A DNA stretch of 64,000 nucleotides from Oculina patagonica. Taxonomy: Eukaryota. Shown here piece after piece: positions 60,499 through 64,000 of this stretch. Below the pieces are notes generated by a model. That model was given only the letters and a program-made list of their open reading frames with translations, was not told where the DNA came from and searched no databases. Within the stretch, counting starts at the first letter, position 1. Every line of letters starts with the position of its first letter. The stretch is taken from the NCBI RefSeq assembly GCF_052425735.1, contig NC_135762.1, positions 7,192,001 through 7,256,000 of the forward strand, given 5' to 3'. The translations under genes were made by a program, and so were the position numbers.

Positions 60499-60772
60499 TA
60501 AGCGTTGGAAAAACGGCCTTCCCGGGTGAAACTCCGCCTTAAAGTATTGTAAATAGGCTGCACATTGTAAAGTGTTTAAAATTTATATTTTTTAGTCGTG
60601 TAGTTCCATCGTTTATTTGTGTTATGCGAAATATATTTTTTAAAGTAATAATGCAATCTTGCCACCTTTTTAGATATTATGTTATGCCCACTTATACAGC
60701 TCATGCAAACCGTGTGACTTATGCAAACCTCGGGCTGAGTGTTAGTGAAGTGACAGAGAAAAGTAGCCTGTG

Positions 60773-60837
60773 GTAGCCGAGTAGTAGCCGAGTAGTAGCC
60801 AAGTAGTAGCCGAGTAGTAGCCGAGTAGTAGCCGAGT
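60773..60837. repeat. Minisatellite, 11-bp unit x ~6
   Basis: (GTAGCCGAGTA)n with one variant unit. Confidence 0.9.
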
Positions 60838-61118
60838 TGCCAGTTCGAAATAGGAATTCTCCATACTGATCTTCACACATTTGCTTTAATGTAGGTTATG
60901 AGAATTGGCTGGAACATAGAGACACATTATGATTCTTGGAGACCGCCAATTAGTCTGGGTAATCAAATGGTGACGAGTGAAAATAGGAAATTGAATTTCA
61001 CGCGCGTTTTGTCAAAATTCTAATAATTTCCCATAATTTGACATCAGAAGAAGTCGCTGCATTTCGTTTTATTCAACTTCAACAAATATATTTACGACGT
61101 ACATTTATGTCCGCTTTA

Positions 61119-62021
61119 AGGTGGATTTCCACTGTCGCGTTTTTGTTTACGCACGTTAACGCGCGTAAAAATTATAAACGTACGTAAAATGAAATTTTAC
61201 GCGCGCGATTACGTGCGTCGAATTTACGTTGTCCAATTTCCAATGCCACGTTTTTTTCTAGGTATTTACGCACGTGACGCGCACGTTTACGCACGTAGCG
61301 ATTTTGGGGGTTTTGAAAAAAGTTGAACCGAGTTCAACTTTTTTTTCGCGGCTGTCTGCGGTTACGCAACGATTTACCCAATCATACTTTTGGATTTCGT
61401 CACTTGACACCACTTACCATGTGGAAAACCATTTTGTTTTAAATCGCCCATCGATTTACTTGGGAAAGCATTCAGATGTAGAAGTACTTCTCATCGAGAA
61501 AGTCAACATTTCAAGAAATAATCTATAGAACTGACTACAGAACCAAATTACACGAACGCAGTAGTAAAAGAAAACGCCTGGCGTCAGGTCACGTAGGCTT
61601 TGAACCGGGAATCCGGGAAGGTCGCCTCAAATCTTTTTTTACTTGATGGTGTCTTTCGGAAGTATTTATAAAATGTCTCTTGGTCATATTCACGCATTTC
61701 TTTTTCTAGCGTGTGGTACAAAGTGTTTTCATGGCAGCCATGTTGGAAGAGTCAAACAACAAGATATTTGCATAAAAATGTTAATGATTTTTTCCCAAAG
61801 GAAAAACAATTTATTGTTTCACTCCTCCAATATGGCCGACAATCACACACTCTATTCCCCAACTTGATAATTCAGTATGGCGGGCATTTACGCACGTTCA
61901 ACGCGCGTAAAAAGGAAACACTTTTTATTACTTTTTACGCGACAGTGGAAATTTGCCTACGTATCTTTTTTTACGCACGTTTTACGTACGTAAATATTTA
62001 CGCGTCAGTGGAAATCCACCT
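61119..62021. mobile_element. PIF/Harbinger-like non-autonomous element with MADF remnant
   Basis: TIR AGGTGGATTTCCACTG(T/A)CGCGT with TTA-like flanks and TTTACGCACGT subterminal repeats. Internal broken frame EVLLIEKV...EPNYTNAVVKENAWRQV resembles a MADF/Myb-like domain. Confidence 0.68.
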
Positions 62022-62748
62022 TTAGTAACAGCGTGGTACTTATAAAAATGTACCCTAACGTACGTATATCTACGTACTTTAATTTCAGTGTCTAAAATAT
62101 TTTATATCTCGATAGTCTTTGGTTATAAACTTACGTTTTTGACAGGAAGGAGTCAAGGTTAAGCAAACAAATTCTTCGCTTTCTTTGTTGGATTCGCGAC
62201 GGGAAATTTGATGTTACCGTGACGCAGGTTCTGAACCAAAATGAATAGCATAATTAATGTTATTTTCAATGTTTAATAGAAAACGTCTTGAATTGAAGGA
62301 CTTATGGTTAATAACGGCCCTAGAGACAAAAGGAGCTGTTACGTCAGCAAAAACTGTGACGTCAGCAAGGAAAAATCCAGTTCCCAGCCACCATATTTTC
62401 CTTTCGTGCTTTCCCTTCTCGATTATTTTAGAAACGACCGTTGTATATACCTAGTGTATGGCAGCGAAGTATCATTGGTAAAACGGGCTAACTTGTCGCA
62501 ACATAACAGTTACTCCTTTATTTGCGGAATTCTAGAATATTCACATTATATTTTTATATCGGTATGAGAAATTTCTCATTAATTAGACTGTGTGGTATTC
62601 ACAGTGAATAAAATGCAAGATAAATGTTGAAATATTAATTTCTCCTTACTTACTGCCATATGTCTTTTCAGTGTTAGTTTGGAGAATTTAGTGTTACATC
62701 AAGACAAGAGTTGTCAACAGTTTTCATATTGGAACGATTGCAAATTAA

Positions 62749-63154
62749 AGGGACTGTGTCAGGGCTGAGTTTAGTGTACTATATCAAGTTTTGCCAAATA
62801 CTCACTATCAAGCTTAATGCTTTCAAAGAAATTACTTCTTTCATTGGATCTAAAAAACAAAACCATGGCTTCATTACAACAAAATTTGTCTCCTGGGCAT
62901 TATTTTGAGCATTATAATTTAAAGTTACAAGCAATTGAGATTAACTTTGAAAACTGTTCAGCCCAACAGTACTTTAAAAACCCATATCGCAATCCCAGTT
63001 TCAATCTTCTTCACTTTTGGCCATCCGTACGATCATTTGCATTTGCTGTGTTATTGTTTTATTTCACTGTTTTAAGCGGTTCTTTTTATATTAAACCGAA
63101 TTTTATGGCCATTTCCCATGCCTAAATTTAGCAAAAATGCGTGACACAGTTCCA
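62749..63154. mobile_element. TTAA-flanked MITE, inverted relative of 5435-5832
   Basis: TTAA flanks; internal sequence is the reverse complement of 5435-5832 (the chance translation NFENCSAQ.YFKNPYRNP is shared). Confidence 0.72.
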
Positions 63155-63431
63155 TTAAGAAAACCCCAGCTCACTGGATGTTACCCAATGACTGTTAACA
63201 TTATAATCGTCGACAAACTTTCTAAGATAACCACTGAATAGTACCAATGTTCTTGGTTCTTAGACAATTAACAGGAAGGTAGATGAGTTATGTATGGCCG
63301 CTTTGTTGCTAAATTTCATCGATAAATATTAGCCATTTCATCAGACATTCTGCGGAGTGGCTAGACTCTGCGACAGAAACTCCGCGAACTGTTTCTGCGC
63401 CTGTTACCTTCATACAGTAGACTCCTCTGCC

Positions 63432-63938
63432 TTAATTATTATTAGAATCTTCCTCTTCCATTTTACAGTACTTTCTGGTTTCTGGCATAAACTGAGAATC
63501 TTCCTCAAGCTTACTTCCTTCCGCATTGATATCGATAACTTTTCTACTTTTCCGCAGTTTTAGAATTCTCTTAAACTCTGCGGCAAAGTCTTCATCCATG
63601 TTTGCAATAATCAAAGGCTTAACGCAGCAGGAGGCATTAACAAAAAGCGTGCTCAGCAAGTACACGGAGCGAGGAAGGCATTGTTCGTGTGTAAACGCAT
63701 CAACTATGTCGCAAACATAACTAGGGACACAGAAAAGCAGTGTTCCTAGTATTAAAGCCGCAAAGAGCCTCGTTTTACTATCCTCTTCTTTCCAAGAATT
63801 TCTATTCACCATTCGTCCCTCTTGCGCCCAACGTTTAGCGTTCTTGAAAGTTTTCTGTAGATTCGCACTCGTTCTACAGTAGCACGTTGACCGGCATTTA
63901 TTAGTTTTCAGCGAGGATACCGAGGTAGAGACCGGCAA
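63432..63938 (-). CDS. Rhodopsin-like GPCR C-terminal fragment (TM6-TM7-helix 8); terminal exon or pseudogene
   Basis: TM6 RLFAALILGTLLFCVPSYVC, TM7 VYLLSTLFVNASCCVKPLII, helix 8 DEDFAAEFKRIL. All three frames are closed upstream of 63938, so a splice or a lesion is needed. 5' boundary uncertain. Confidence 0.55.
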   Translation of the reverse strand: MPVSTSVSSLKTNKCRSTCYCRTSANLQKTFKNAKRWAQEGRMVNRNSWKEEDSKTRLFAALILGTLLFCVPSYVCDIVDAFTHEQCLPRSVYLLSTLFVNASCCVKPLIIANMDEDFAAEFKRILKLRKSRKVIDINAEGSKLEEDSQFMPETRKYCKMEEEDSNNN

Positions 63939-64000
63939 GATTTGTTAGTTAACGTTTTGGTAATTTTTTTCAGTTGCTAGTTAACTTCACTTTTTTTTAG

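Noticed and set aside
60773-60837. CRISPR-like array (also considered for the 55100-55270 repeats)
   Set aside because: Contiguous repeats without unique spacers in a eukaryotic context: a minisatellite and a coding peptide repeat, respectively.

Overview
AT-rich, intron-containing, repeat-dense animal DNA, most likely a stony coral or related anthozoan (inferred from gene content and repeat style). Three main components. (1) A tandem array of four minus-strand, 4-exon genes encoding type II membrane proteins: TM, short coiled coil, RxxR site, short collagen, three Ig domains and a fibrinogen-related domain (FReD). This matches the cnidarian ficolin-like (CniFL) architecture. Copies B and D are intact, copy A runs off the window, and copy C is a pseudogene. 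The array is a duplicated two-gene unit whose FReD ligand-binding half is far more divergent than the Ig exons, with signs of 3' module exchange between copies. (2) An apparently intact 8,662-bp DNA transposon (23567-32228) with perfect 83-bp TIRs and an 8-bp TSD. It encodes an intronless RecQ-like helicase and a convergent 4-exon, ~1023-aa transposase, the AcademH layout. Two smaller Academ-like elements lie nearby. (3) A 4-exon proline-rich CD225/dispanin gene and a C-terminal GPCR-like fragment. Many MITEs and SINEs are present, several confirmed by empty sites in the duplicated paralogous segment, and three GAG...CTC elements carry 6-bp TSDs that I cannot classify. All gene models were derived by hand from splice signals and frame continuity; no database search was possible.
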